From assembly GCA_964016885.1 (NCBI GenBank), contig OZ024745.1, positions 5,084,001 to 5,148,000 of the forward strand: a DNA stretch of 64,000 nt, in the 5' to 3' direction. The notes under the pieces are model-generated. The model was not told the DNA's origin. It was given only the letters and a program-made list of their open reading frames with translations, and made no database searches. The position numbers and the translations under genes are program-made. This DNA is from Eledone cirrhosa (lineage: Eukaryota). Numbering within the stretch: position 1 is the first letter of the stretch; the number at the start of each line of letters is the position of its first letter. Positions 55,779 to 64,000 of the stretch are shown here, in pieces.

Positions 55779-56065
55779 ATAACTCCTGAGTACTGACAGA
55801 TGACGTTTCTAGGGAATTTCCAAACCCGGCGGAGCCCATCTCCTCTCCAGGCCTGAATACAGCAGATTTCTCCCAGAGAAGGACAGAATGAGAGAATGGA
55901 AGTGAGAGATATAGAGCAAGAATCAACCCCAGTACTAGACTGGTACTTTTTTTATTGACCTCAAAAGGATGAAAGGCAAAGTTGACCTCGGTGGGATTTG
56001 AACTCAGAGAACAGAGAATCAAAACGAAAAACGTAAATTATTCTAACCGACATTCTAATGACTGC
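55779..56065 (-). mobile_element. tRNA-derived SINE, long-tail type
   Basis: Reverse complement of the SINE core (GGATGAAAGGCAAAGTTGACCTCGGTGGGATTTGAACTCAG), plus a roughly 180-bp tail shared with 60062-60360. Confidence 0.75.
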
Positions 56066-56082
56066 CAATAAGTATATTTTTT

Positions 56083-56258
56083 GTGTGATGTGTGGCCTAT
56101 TGTCACACTTGATGATGAATTAATGGTCGTTTTCATTTTTGTTTTTGCTTCCCCCCCTTTTTTTTTTCTTTTCTTTCTCTCACTCTGGTTATATATTTTG
56201 TATTTGTTATGTTTATATTTGTGTTTATCAATGACAATACGTTCTTTTTATTTATTGA
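56083..56258 (+). mobile_element. CRE-like retrotransposon 3' tail fragment (copy 1)
   Basis: TGTGATGTGTGGCCTATTGTCACACTTGATGATGAATTAATGGTCGTTTT is homologous to 58223-58400 and to the reverse complement of 56345-56533. Confidence 0.75.
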
Positions 56259-57149
56259 TATAAATATATATAAATAACATTACAAAAACATAAATAATAT
56301 TACAAATTGCTCCCAATTCTTTCAGAATAACATTACAAATATATTGGCGTTGATAAACACAAATATAAACATAACAAATACAATTAACCATTGCTAGGAA
56401 CCTCACAAAAACACTAAAATATATCACCAGAGTGAAAGAAAGAAAAAAGAGAAAAACAAACAAAAAGGGGGTAAGTAAAAACAAAAATGACCATCAATTC
56501 ACCAGCAAGTGCAACAATAGGCCACACATCACAAGGGTCAACGAATATTTTCAGGCAAACAAATACGCTCGCAGGCACCTTCACGAGCATCACCTGTCAA
56601 CTCTGTAAGGCGAACTCCAAGAACTTCGCTGTGGGTGGCCCAACTCCACCAAACATCTCGAACACTACAGGCTGGAAAAAATAATTATTAGATAAATCCA
56701 GGTATTTCCGAATTTTATTCCATTCAGCAACAGAAGCAGTGACCACCACATCTACTGCGGCATCTGTGATGTGGAAGGGAGCAAAAGAGTCACTGACTGT
56801 GGTGTCCCAGGCGAGACACCTACCTCTCATCCAGGTATAAAGTGTAAGGCCATCTGGTCTTTTCCCGTCACTTCTAGATGATCCAGCTGGCTCCAGAACT
56901 GAGGGGATATTTACCCGAGCTAGGGCCCGCTTAATGATCTGGTTTAGCTCAGTGTGACGGGTGAAGGGACCAGTATTCAGGCAGCAGGACAAACCATGGA
57001 GGCTGATGGAGTGAAGGGACCTACCACAGCGACATCTCAGAACCCCAGAGACATCGGCTCCCACGCAAAGTGCAATGGAGATGCAGAGCTCATCCAGATT
57101 GAGAAGGCCACCAATGTTGGCCAGAAGCAGGGCATCAATCCAATCTTCC
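56259..57149 (-). mobile_element. 5'-truncated CRE-clade non-LTR retrotransposon (copy 2) with CCHC and RLE endonuclease
   Basis: ORF 56597-57064 plus in-frame upstream codons read DWIDA..ISIAL..CRCG..HGLSC..RH..KRPDGLTL..LAWD..AE..K..KY..FQPVVFEMFG. The coding region is disrupted near its C-terminus and is followed by an AT-rich tail. Confidence 0.85.
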
Positions 57150-57166
57150 TAGAACTTTCCGCTTGC

Positions 57167-57263
57167 AGAAAATAAGCGGCACCTAGAAAATAAGCGGCAC
57201 CTAGAAAATAAGCGGCACCTAGAAAATAAGCGGCACCTAGAAAATAAGCGGCACCTAGAAAAT
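57167..57263 (+). repeat. 18-bp perfect tandem repeat, 5.4 copies
   Basis: (AGAAAATAAGCGGCACCT)5 followed by AGAAAAT. Confidence 0.97.
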
Positions 57264-58090
57264 TGATCAGATGATTAAAATAGTTACAGTAATGTTCAGT
57301 ATTGAAATATTGTTGAGTAGTTTTACAACAATGATACGTTGAATGTTGAAATAGCATTTGTTCATTAATTTCCGTGTTTTCAAATTGACAATAACGCTAC
57401 AATCCGCCATCAAAATAATGTTTCTTTAAAACATTTGTATCTTCTTCTCAACAACAATACGTCTAATGTTTGTTCATTAACTTCAATGTTTTCAAAGTGA
57501 CAGCAAGCAACACTACAATCGATCATTATCATTATTTTTGTTGGATATCTGTACATTCACATGCATTTCCACTGGGTCTCATCCAGGGGCTTGGGGTGAG
57601 AACTTTTTTTATGACGCTTTTTTCTCAGCACCATAGATATCTAATGGTATTTTGTTGAGAGTCTGAGAAAGCAAGTAGCAATGAATCCTACACACATACG
57701 TAGAATATCGATAGACTCAAAAGGTCTATTTACAATATTTACAGATACAGTCAATTTAATTAGAGTATTTACAGGTTATGTGTTCTTTTTACAAATATTT
57801 GCACATTTGAAGACAGAATTGAATACTGTAATGGATAAAATACAACCTTTAATCTATGGATATTATTTTTATTGTTTATATTTTGTTTGTTCGTCTATTG
57901 ACCCATATGTGCAGAACATCCTGTAAGTTGTTTATCTACATTGTTACATGACAGTTTTTGTTGGACATTTAATATTGTTTTGTGGTTAAATGAAGCGATA
58001 TTCTGGTGTGCCAGTTGCCCCCATCTGTAGCCTTGAAAGGCTATATTTGTGTATATTTTCTAAACATACCTCTCAAATCATAGTGAACAA

Positions 58091-58121
58091 GATCCCACCA
58101 AGGTCAACTCTACCTTTCATC
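58091..58121 (+). mobile_element. SINE core fragment fused to CRE copy 3
   Basis: GATCCCACCAAGGTCAACTCTACCTTTCATC resembles the SINE core AATCCCGCCGAGGTCAACTTTGCCTTTCATC. Confidence 0.6.
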
Positions 58122-58468
58122 GATACCCATGAGGGTGCTTGGTTGTTTCAACACCTTAGCCTTGCCATCACCCGTAGTAATACTGCTAGCATATTGGCTT
58201 GCCTCAAAATATTCGTTGACCCTTGTAATGTGTGGCCTATTGTTGCACTTGCTGGTGAATTGATGGTCGTTTTTGTTTCCTCCCTTTTTTAAATTTTTTC
58301 TTTCTTTTCTTTCTCTAACTCTGGTCATATATTTTGGTGTTTTTGTGAGGTTCCTAGCGATGGTTGAATTTTTTATATGTTTATATTTGTGTTTATCAAC
58401 GTCATATTTGTAATGTTATTCTGAAAGAATTGGGAGCAATTTGTAATGTTATTTATATATATTTATAT
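58122..58468 (+). mobile_element. CRE-like retrotransposon 3' end (copy 3)
   Basis: Encodes DTHEGAWLFQHLSLAITRSNTASILACL, the typical CRE C-terminal LFQRLSLAI.R.NA.SI motif. The tail is homologous to copies 1 and 2. Confidence 0.82.
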
Positions 58469-58472
58469 TGTA

Positions 58473-58585
58473 AAGGTGTGTGGCTGAAGGATTAGAGAAT
58501 TGGATTCGCAATTATGAGGTTACGAGTTCCCAGACTGGATGATGCATTATGTCCTTGAACAGGACACCTTATTTCATGTTGCTCT
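58473..58585 (+). mobile_element. 5' part of a second tRNA-derived SINE family
   Basis: A-box-like TGGCTGAAGGATTAGA and B-box-like GAGTTC, followed by TGTCCTTGAACAGGACACCTTATTTCA. Degenerate. Confidence 0.5.
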
Positions 58586-58725
58586 TTCTGTCAGGAGTTG
58601 TGACTAGTAGATAGTATCAGCAATGGAAACATTGTTTCCTTGGTCCAATTTAACAAGTTCCACTCCAATCTGTAAGCAAATGAGGTCCGGGATCTTGTCG
58701 ATCGATTTCTACTAATATATTTATC

Positions 58726-58879
58726 GAAAGAGTTAATGACATAGACAGTGTCTTTCATTAGAAATATGGTAATGAAAGGGTTAAGGACATAGGTAGTGTC
58801 TTTCATTAGAAATATGGTAATGAAAGGGTTAAGGACATAGGTAGTGTCTTTCATTAGAAATATGGTAATGAAAGGTTAA
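58726..58879 (+). repeat. 48-bp tandem repeat (about 3 copies) with an internal hairpin
   Basis: Unit GGACATAGGTAGTGTCTTTCATTAGAAATATGGTAATGAAAGGGTTAA, with a 9-bp stem CTTTCATTA/TAATGAAAG. Confidence 0.92.
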
Positions 58880-58893
58880 ATGTTACATTTCAG

Positions 58894-59023
58894 TGAATCA
58901 AGCCTCTCAGAAAAACTCCAGACTTTGCAACAGCAACACGGTAAAAATATTTCAGAAATGGATGAACAGTTCAGAGCAAGTTATTTAAGCATGGAACAAA
59001 AACACGAACAACTTACCAACAAG
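58894..59023 (+). CDS. CEP112: CEP112-like internal exon C (130 nt, phase 2/0): (S)ESSLSEKLQTLQQQHGKNISEMDEQFRASYLSMEQKHEQLTNK
   Basis: Acceptor tttcAG, donor AAG|GTAAAA. Its phase completes the split codon of exon B. Coiled-coil composition, and the length fits the recalled vertebrate segment. Confidence 0.82.
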
Positions 59024-59795
59024 GTAAAATAGAAGGACTGTGGTTGTAATCTTTATTATATGATAGATATAGGACATAAAGGTAGGCTTCTTATTGCATT
59101 ATATAGGACAAGATGGGCTTCTTATTACAAACATAAAGAAAGGATACTGTTATTGTTGAGGGGTATTTGACAGCTACTTTTAGCAGGTTGAGAAGCTAAC
59201 ATGTAACTTTCCTTATTGAGTCCAACCAGAGAAGTGCAACAACAACAAGAAACCTACTAAACATATTTGTCAAAGGAACTGCCATAAATATTGACATCAA
59301 CTTCAATAAAAATTGAAACTGACTGCACTTCAGTAATATTCCCAGCGAGAAGAAATATTTGTGACATTATCAATATTTAATGTCATCCAGTACTAAATCA
59401 ATTGAAACCTTGTTTATTGATTATTTATTATTGAAGAATCATTATAATTAAGTCATTATAAAGTACCAGGCCTCTATCTTGCTACAAATATTCTGCTATA
59501 TTTTCATATTAGGCTCATTACATCACTAAATTTACATACCTTTTGTCATCTCATGACTAAATTGTTGAATACTTGGACAGATATCCAGATACTGGCAGAT
59601 ATATCAAACATTTTTACATATATACTGGCAGAAATAACATTTTTATACCTTAGATCAGACTTTAATTTTATAATCTTTATGGGAGGTATGGTCAGTTAAA
59701 ACCTTTGATGTAACAAATTAACTAAACCTAACTACAGATGAGGTTTAGATTTTGTTTCAACTTAAACCTGTGTCAAAATATATTCCTCTTTGTAG

Positions 59796-59888
59796 CTAAC
59801 AGAATCAAATATTGAACAAGAAAAATGTATCCTACAACTAAAAGAGAAACTTCAAGATGAAGAGAGTGAACGGCACAGACAAATTAAG
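59796..59888 (+). CDS. CEP112: CEP112-like internal exon D (93 nt, phase 0/0): LTESNIEQEKCILQLKEKLQDEESERHRQIK
   Basis: Acceptor ttcctctttgtAG, donor AAG|GTTATC. QLKEKLQDEESERHRQIK resembles recalled QLKQQLQESELQRKQQLR. Confidence 0.85.
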
Positions 59889-60061
59889 GTTATCTTTTAT
59901 TTAACCCTATTTTGGCTTTTAATGTTATACTAATTAGGATTGGTTATGAAAGTTACGTGAATCTAAGCCAGGTGAAGCCTCACTTAAAGAACCATCGGAT
60001 CACTTTCTCTTACTGGTACCATAAAAACACAGAAAACCTTTTCTGTTCTCTTCACTTGATT

Positions 60062-60360
60062 GTAGAGACAGTAGAACATCAGATGTTTTACAGTATTTCT
60101 TCTAACTCTCTCATCTCAGTTCAAATCCCACTGAGATCAACTTTGCTGTTCATCCTTTTGAAGTCGACATAAAAAGTACCAGTCAAATACTGGTGTCAAT
60201 TCTTCCCCTATATCTCTTTCTCACTTCCATTTTCTCACCTTCCCAATCTTTCTCTGGAAGAAATTTACTGTATTTGGATCTGGAGAGGAGATGGGCTCCG
60301 CCAGGTTTTAAGAAATGCCATATGTCAATGCAGCATTCCTCCGACTCCCTCGGGAGTTAT
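60062..60360 (+). mobile_element. tRNA-derived SINE, long-tail type
   Basis: CAGTTCAAATCCCACTGAGATCAACTTTGCTGTTCATCC...AAAGTACCAGTC plus the tail ...GGAGAGGAGATGGGCTCCGCC...GGAGTTAT. Inverted homologue of 55779-56065. Confidence 0.75.
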
Positions 60361-60495
60361 TGAACCATAAATAAAGAGTAAAGGAATTGTGGAAACTAAT
60401 GAGGGACATTGTTGTATATTGGGCTAAGATATTCTTTAAACATTTTTTATATATTCAATTGTGAAATTATTTTTCATATGTAAGCTTGAAACTTC

Positions 60496-60500
60496 ATATA

Positions 60501-60559
<59 letters not shown>

Positions 60560-60697
60560 TTATATATATATATATATATATATTGCAATGAAATATCTAT
60601 GATCGTCGGCAAATCACTGATGAGGGACTCATTTTATTACATGTTATCCATGCGCTACCTGCAGTATTTTTCTCCATATTTTATTATATATATATAT

Positions 60698-60771
<74 letters not shown>
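60496..60771. repeat. Two (TA)n microsatellites separated by a roughly 100-bp insert
   Basis: Read directly at 60496-60582 and 60685-60771. Confidence 0.95.
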
Positions 60772-60773
<2 letters not shown>

Positions 60774-60890
60774 AAAAGATAACAAGGACGATTGGTTACT
60801 CCTTCATTACATTTATTGGTTGGTGACGCGCGTTTCGCCACTGATCAGCTCGACGGACCCCTTAAAATGCTAGTAGAAAATGAATCTAAA

Positions 60891-61012
60891 CATCGAGTGC
60901 TCACCCGAGTGAACCTACATTAACTCCAAGTTACACTCCCTAGATATATATATAGTTGTAGGGTTGCAAGGTAAATGTGTCTGTAGGTGATATGCCGGTT
61001 GAGCACTCGATG
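60891..61012. repeat. Imperfect foldback 1
   Basis: 13-bp perfect arms CATCGAGTGCTCA/TGAGCACTCGATG, with inner arms ACCTACA/TGTAGGT. Confidence 0.7.
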
Positions 61013-61032
61013 CTTGCGTAGAGCAGAGTATA

Positions 61033-61137
61033 ATATTATATAGAACGAGGAATCAGTGTTGCATTATCTCACAAACATATGTAATATGTTAATAAATGGG
61101 ATATGATGCAACACTGATTCCTTGTTCTTTATAATAT
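61033..61137. repeat. Foldback 2, a roughly 105-nt hairpin
   Basis: ATATTATATAGAACGAGGAATCAGTGTTGCATTATCTCA pairs with TGGGATATGATGCAACACTGATTCCTTGTTCTTTATAATAT. Inner stem AACATAT/ATATGTT. Confidence 0.9.
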
Positions 61138-61168
61138 AGATATATATATACACACACACATATATATA

Positions 61169-61231
61169 TCTAACCCATGCTAGCATGGAAAATGGACGTT
61201 AAACAAAGATGATGAGGATGATGATGATGAT
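61169..61231 (+). mobile_element. 3' tip of the (GAT)n-tailed SINE/RTE-related repeat
   Basis: TCTAACCCATGCTAGCATGGAAAATGGACGTTAAAC followed by (GAT)n. Confidence 0.7.
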
Positions 61232-61247
61232 GACACACATATATATA

Positions 61248-61619
61248 TCTTAGTCTTAGTTCCTCCAGTCCCTTGTGAAACATTGGGCGACGAGCTTCCT
61301 CCACTTGATCCTGTCACTGGCGGCCCTTCTAGCACCTCTCCAGGTAATTCCCATCTCCCGCAGGTCCTCCCTGAATGTGCTCCGCCATGTTTTTCGTGGT
61401 CTTCCCCGTTCTCTCCTGCCACCCTCTGGTACCCAATCCATGGCACTATGAGCAGGTCGATCTGCCGGCAAACGAAGGATGTGGCCCGCGAACCACCGTC
61501 TCCTTTTATGGACAATGTCCCTTTACCTCTCCAATCCTGACCTCCTCATCACTTCCTCGTTGCTAACTTGGTCTCTCCATGAAATTTTCAATATGGTCCG
61601 AATGCAACGACGGTGTATG
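61248..61619 (-). mobile_element. 5'-truncated RTE-like LINE 3' end (about 370 bp)
   Basis: The minus strand reads RRCIRTILKISWRDQVSNEEV..RRRWFAGHILRLPADRPAHSAMDWVPEGGRRERGRPRKTW, ending in an (ACTAAG)n tail. Both flanks carry ACATATATATAT, a possible TSD. Confidence 0.85.
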
Positions 61620-61643
61620 TAACATATATATATATACACACAC

Positions 61644-61678
<35 letters not shown>

Positions 61679-61697
61679 CATACACACATATATATAT

Positions 61698-61983
61698 AAC
61701 CTCCCAGCCCCACACTGTAAATGTGGTTGGTGTTAGGAAGGGCATCCAGCTGTAGAAAACCCACCAGACAGTCCACGCTGTAATGTGGCCGTGTAGGCAA
61801 CACGGTAAAAACCTCCCAGCCCCACACTGTAAATGTGGTTGGTGTTAGGAAGGGCATCCAGCTGTAGAAAACCTGCCAGACAGTCCTATGCGAGCAAGAC
61901 AATCACTCTTGCCTCAAGTGGGAAAACCCCTGTCCAAACCCATGCAAGCGTGGAACACGGACGTTAAACGTTGATGATGATGA

Positions 61984-61986
<3 letters not shown>
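61698..61986 (+). mobile_element. 3' half of the (GAT)n-tailed SINE with an internal 112-bp-period duplication
   Basis: AACCTCCCAGCCCCACACTGTAAATGTGGTTGGTGTTAGGAAGGGCATCCAGCTGTAGAAAACC occurs at 61698 and 61810. The element ends GGACGTTAAACGTT(GAT)n. Confidence 0.78.
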
Positions 61987-62020
<34 letters not shown>

Positions 62021-62182
62021 CATCATCATCATCGTTTGGGTTAGATAGGTTTGTCCCATTTGAGGCAAGTTGGGTCGGATGACTGTGCATTAATGAGACT
62101 GAATCTGAATTATGAACTCTTTTTAGTGAAAATATATTGCTGCAGCACATCTACCAGTCATTAGTTATTCTAAATAATATAT

Positions 62183-62340
62183 GGTTGATGTTAGCAAGAA
62201 CATCTAGCTGTAGAAAGGGAGCTGAGATAGAGATCCATATGAGCAAGACATGGTCTCCTGACCTGACCTGACCTGACCTGACCTGACCTGTTCTGACAAC
62301 CCATCTAACCCAGCAAGACAAAGTCTCTGACCTGACCTGT
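62183..62340 (+). mobile_element. Degenerate copy of the same SINE body with a (CCTGA)n microsatellite
   Basis: GGTTGATGTTAGCAAGAACATCTAGCTGTAGAAA...GAGCAAGACA, with about 7 CCTGA units at 62257-62290. Confidence 0.55.
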
Positions 62341-62422
62341 TTCTTGACAATCCATTAGATGATGCTGAATGTCATAATATATTATATTTGGCTACACAAA
62401 AATATATTTTGATATCATTATC

Positions 62423-62584
62423 GGCAGAAGATCGGACGTCATGCTTAGACGCATAGAGTTACGGCCCTTTCCATTCTGAGTTCAAAACCCGCCGAGGTCA
62501 ACTTTGCCTTTCATCCTTACGGGGTCGATAAAATAAAGTAGCAGTAATTGCTGGCCTTGTGTCAAAAGTAGAAACAATTATTTT
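62423..62584 (+). mobile_element. tRNA-derived SINE, short-tail type
   Basis: Near-identical to 54343-54515, apart from a short deletion. Confidence 0.8.
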
Positions 62585-62593
62585 CTATTGTTT

Positions 62594-62930
62594 ACCACCA
62601 CCACCAACACCACCACCACCACCACCACACCACAACCACCGCCACCACACCACCATCACCACCACACCACCACCACCACCACCACACCACAACCACCGCC
62701 ACCACACTACCATCACCGCCACACCACCACCACCACCACCACCACCACCAACACCAACACCACCACCACCACTGCGACCATCACCACACCTACCATCACC
62801 ACCACCAACACCACCGCCATCAGCAAAACCACCACCACCACCACCACCACCACCACCACTGCCACCACCACCACCACCACCACTGCCACCACCACCACCA
62901 CCACCATCATCACCACCACCACCATCATCA
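62594..62930 (+). repeat. Compound (CCA)n trinucleotide tract
   Basis: Read directly. It is the source of the poly-Pro, poly-Thr and poly-Val ORFs. Confidence 0.96.
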
Positions 62931-63028
62931 TTTAATGTATGAAATCACAAATAAATCACTTGAACTGTTTCTATATTTGTTTTATTGATATAAAGTTTTG
63001 ATATTTTTTTACAACGGACATTTTCCAG

Positions 63029-63088
63029 GAATTAGAACAGTCCTACAAAACTGACAAGGTTCATCTTGAACAGCTCCATGATAAACAG
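63029..63088 (+). CDS. CEP112: CEP112-like internal exon E (60 nt, phase 0/0): ELEQSYKTDKVHLEQLHDKQ; the gene continues beyond the window
   Basis: Acceptor ttttccAG, donor CAG|GTAAAC. The 20 aa parallel recalled DQENKFQMEKSHLKHIYEKK. Confidence 0.83.
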
Positions 63089-63303
63089 GTAAACATTGTC
63101 TTATTACCTTAAACTACAATGTTACTAGAAACAATGGCCACCAAAACTACCAACACTGCAATCTGTATTATCTGGCTTTGCTGTTGATATTAACATATAT
63201 ATAAATAGACTAACTCAGGCAAGCATGGTAATATATATATATATATAAACGGAAAAAATGAATCGAAATTTCATTTCTCACTCTTAGTACGGCTGTTACT
63301 CAA

Positions 63304-63780
63304 ATATAAGTATGTATACGTACATACATATATGTATACAGACGTACAGTAGTATGTATATATATATATATACATGCACACATATATATATGTACGTATG
63401 GATTCACCGAACATTTATTATAATAACCCCGACCGATTAACTCACTCGATATGCAAATTAGGCTGCTCAGCTGTTAATATGCATAAGGAAAGTATATACT
63501 TTCAGACGTTCAATCATCTGGCAGGAAGGTATACGTTGCTGATGATAGCTAATAAGCTTGAAACTAGTACAGTGTTCCTTTGTCAGTGTTGAATAAATGA
63601 GCAACGATGGTTGCTAGACACTGTACGGCTTAATTCGGGATGTTTGTTTACAAACACACCGAGCATTATAATAAATGTTCGGTGAATCCATACGTACATA
63701 TATATATGTGTGCATGTATGTATATATATATATACATACTACTGTACGTCTGTATACATATATGTATGTACGTATACATA

Positions 63781-63787
<7 letters not shown>
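63304..63787. mobile_element. Foldback/MITE-like element with roughly 121-bp near-perfect terminal inverted repeats and a 240-bp core
   Basis: 63304-63424 is the reverse complement of 63665-63787 except for a 2-nt difference in a TA run. The element is followed by (TA)n. Confidence 0.8.
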
Positions 63788-63822
<35 letters not shown>

Positions 63823-64000
63823 TTCAAAATATTAACAAAATAGATATTCTTGTGATCAAGTATATTTTATTATACATATTTCAGAGGTACTGAGTTAACT
63901 TCAACAGTACATCCTCATCAGATAAAATAAGATGATGCATGACATACCCTGACATAGTAGATGGTTAAGATTCAGTCATGGTAGTGAGTAATATATGACA

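Noticed and set aside
56597-57064. Stand-alone host nuclease gene
   Set aside because: It is the CCHC and RLE end of a truncated CRE retrotransposon, with an upstream stop, a disrupted C-terminus and no RT domain.
57037-57357. ORF with LGAAYF repeats resembling a neuropeptide precursor
   Set aside because: It derives from a perfect 18-bp DNA repeat with no synonymous variation, has no dibasic cleavage sites, and runs out of frame into the CRE fragment.
60461-60841. YI-repeat ORFs (also at 63640-63893 and 55600-55782)
   Set aside because: These are translations of (TA)n and (CA)n microsatellites.
62559-62942. Formin-like poly-Pro or mucin-like poly-Thr ORFs
   Set aside because: These are translations of a (CCA)n microsatellite inside an intron.

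Overview
Eukaryotic (animal) genomic DNA. The SINE and LINE repertoire resembles repeats I recall from Octopus genomes, but the taxon is inferred, not verified. Positions 1-44904 are one uninterrupted, single-orientation 29-bp satellite (consensus CTTATCAAATTAGACCAAGTGGGGTGGAA, about 1,550 monomers, open at the left edge) with nested higher-order repeats. It abuts a related 56-bp satellite (44942-48011) that is bracketed by a 39-bp direct repeat. The remaining 16 kb holds five in-frame internal GT-AG exons (582 nt, 194 aa of coiled coil) that I recognise as the middle of CEP112/CCDC46. The first exon opens at a splice acceptor, so both satellites appear to lie inside one CEP112 intron of at least 48.7 kb. 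The downstream introns contain a non-autonomous Helitron, decayed R4/Dong-like, CRE-like and RTE-like retrotransposon fragments, SINEs, mini- and microsatellites, and several foldback structures. There is no prokaryotic system or CRISPR array. Most ORFs in the supplied track are artefacts of repeats.
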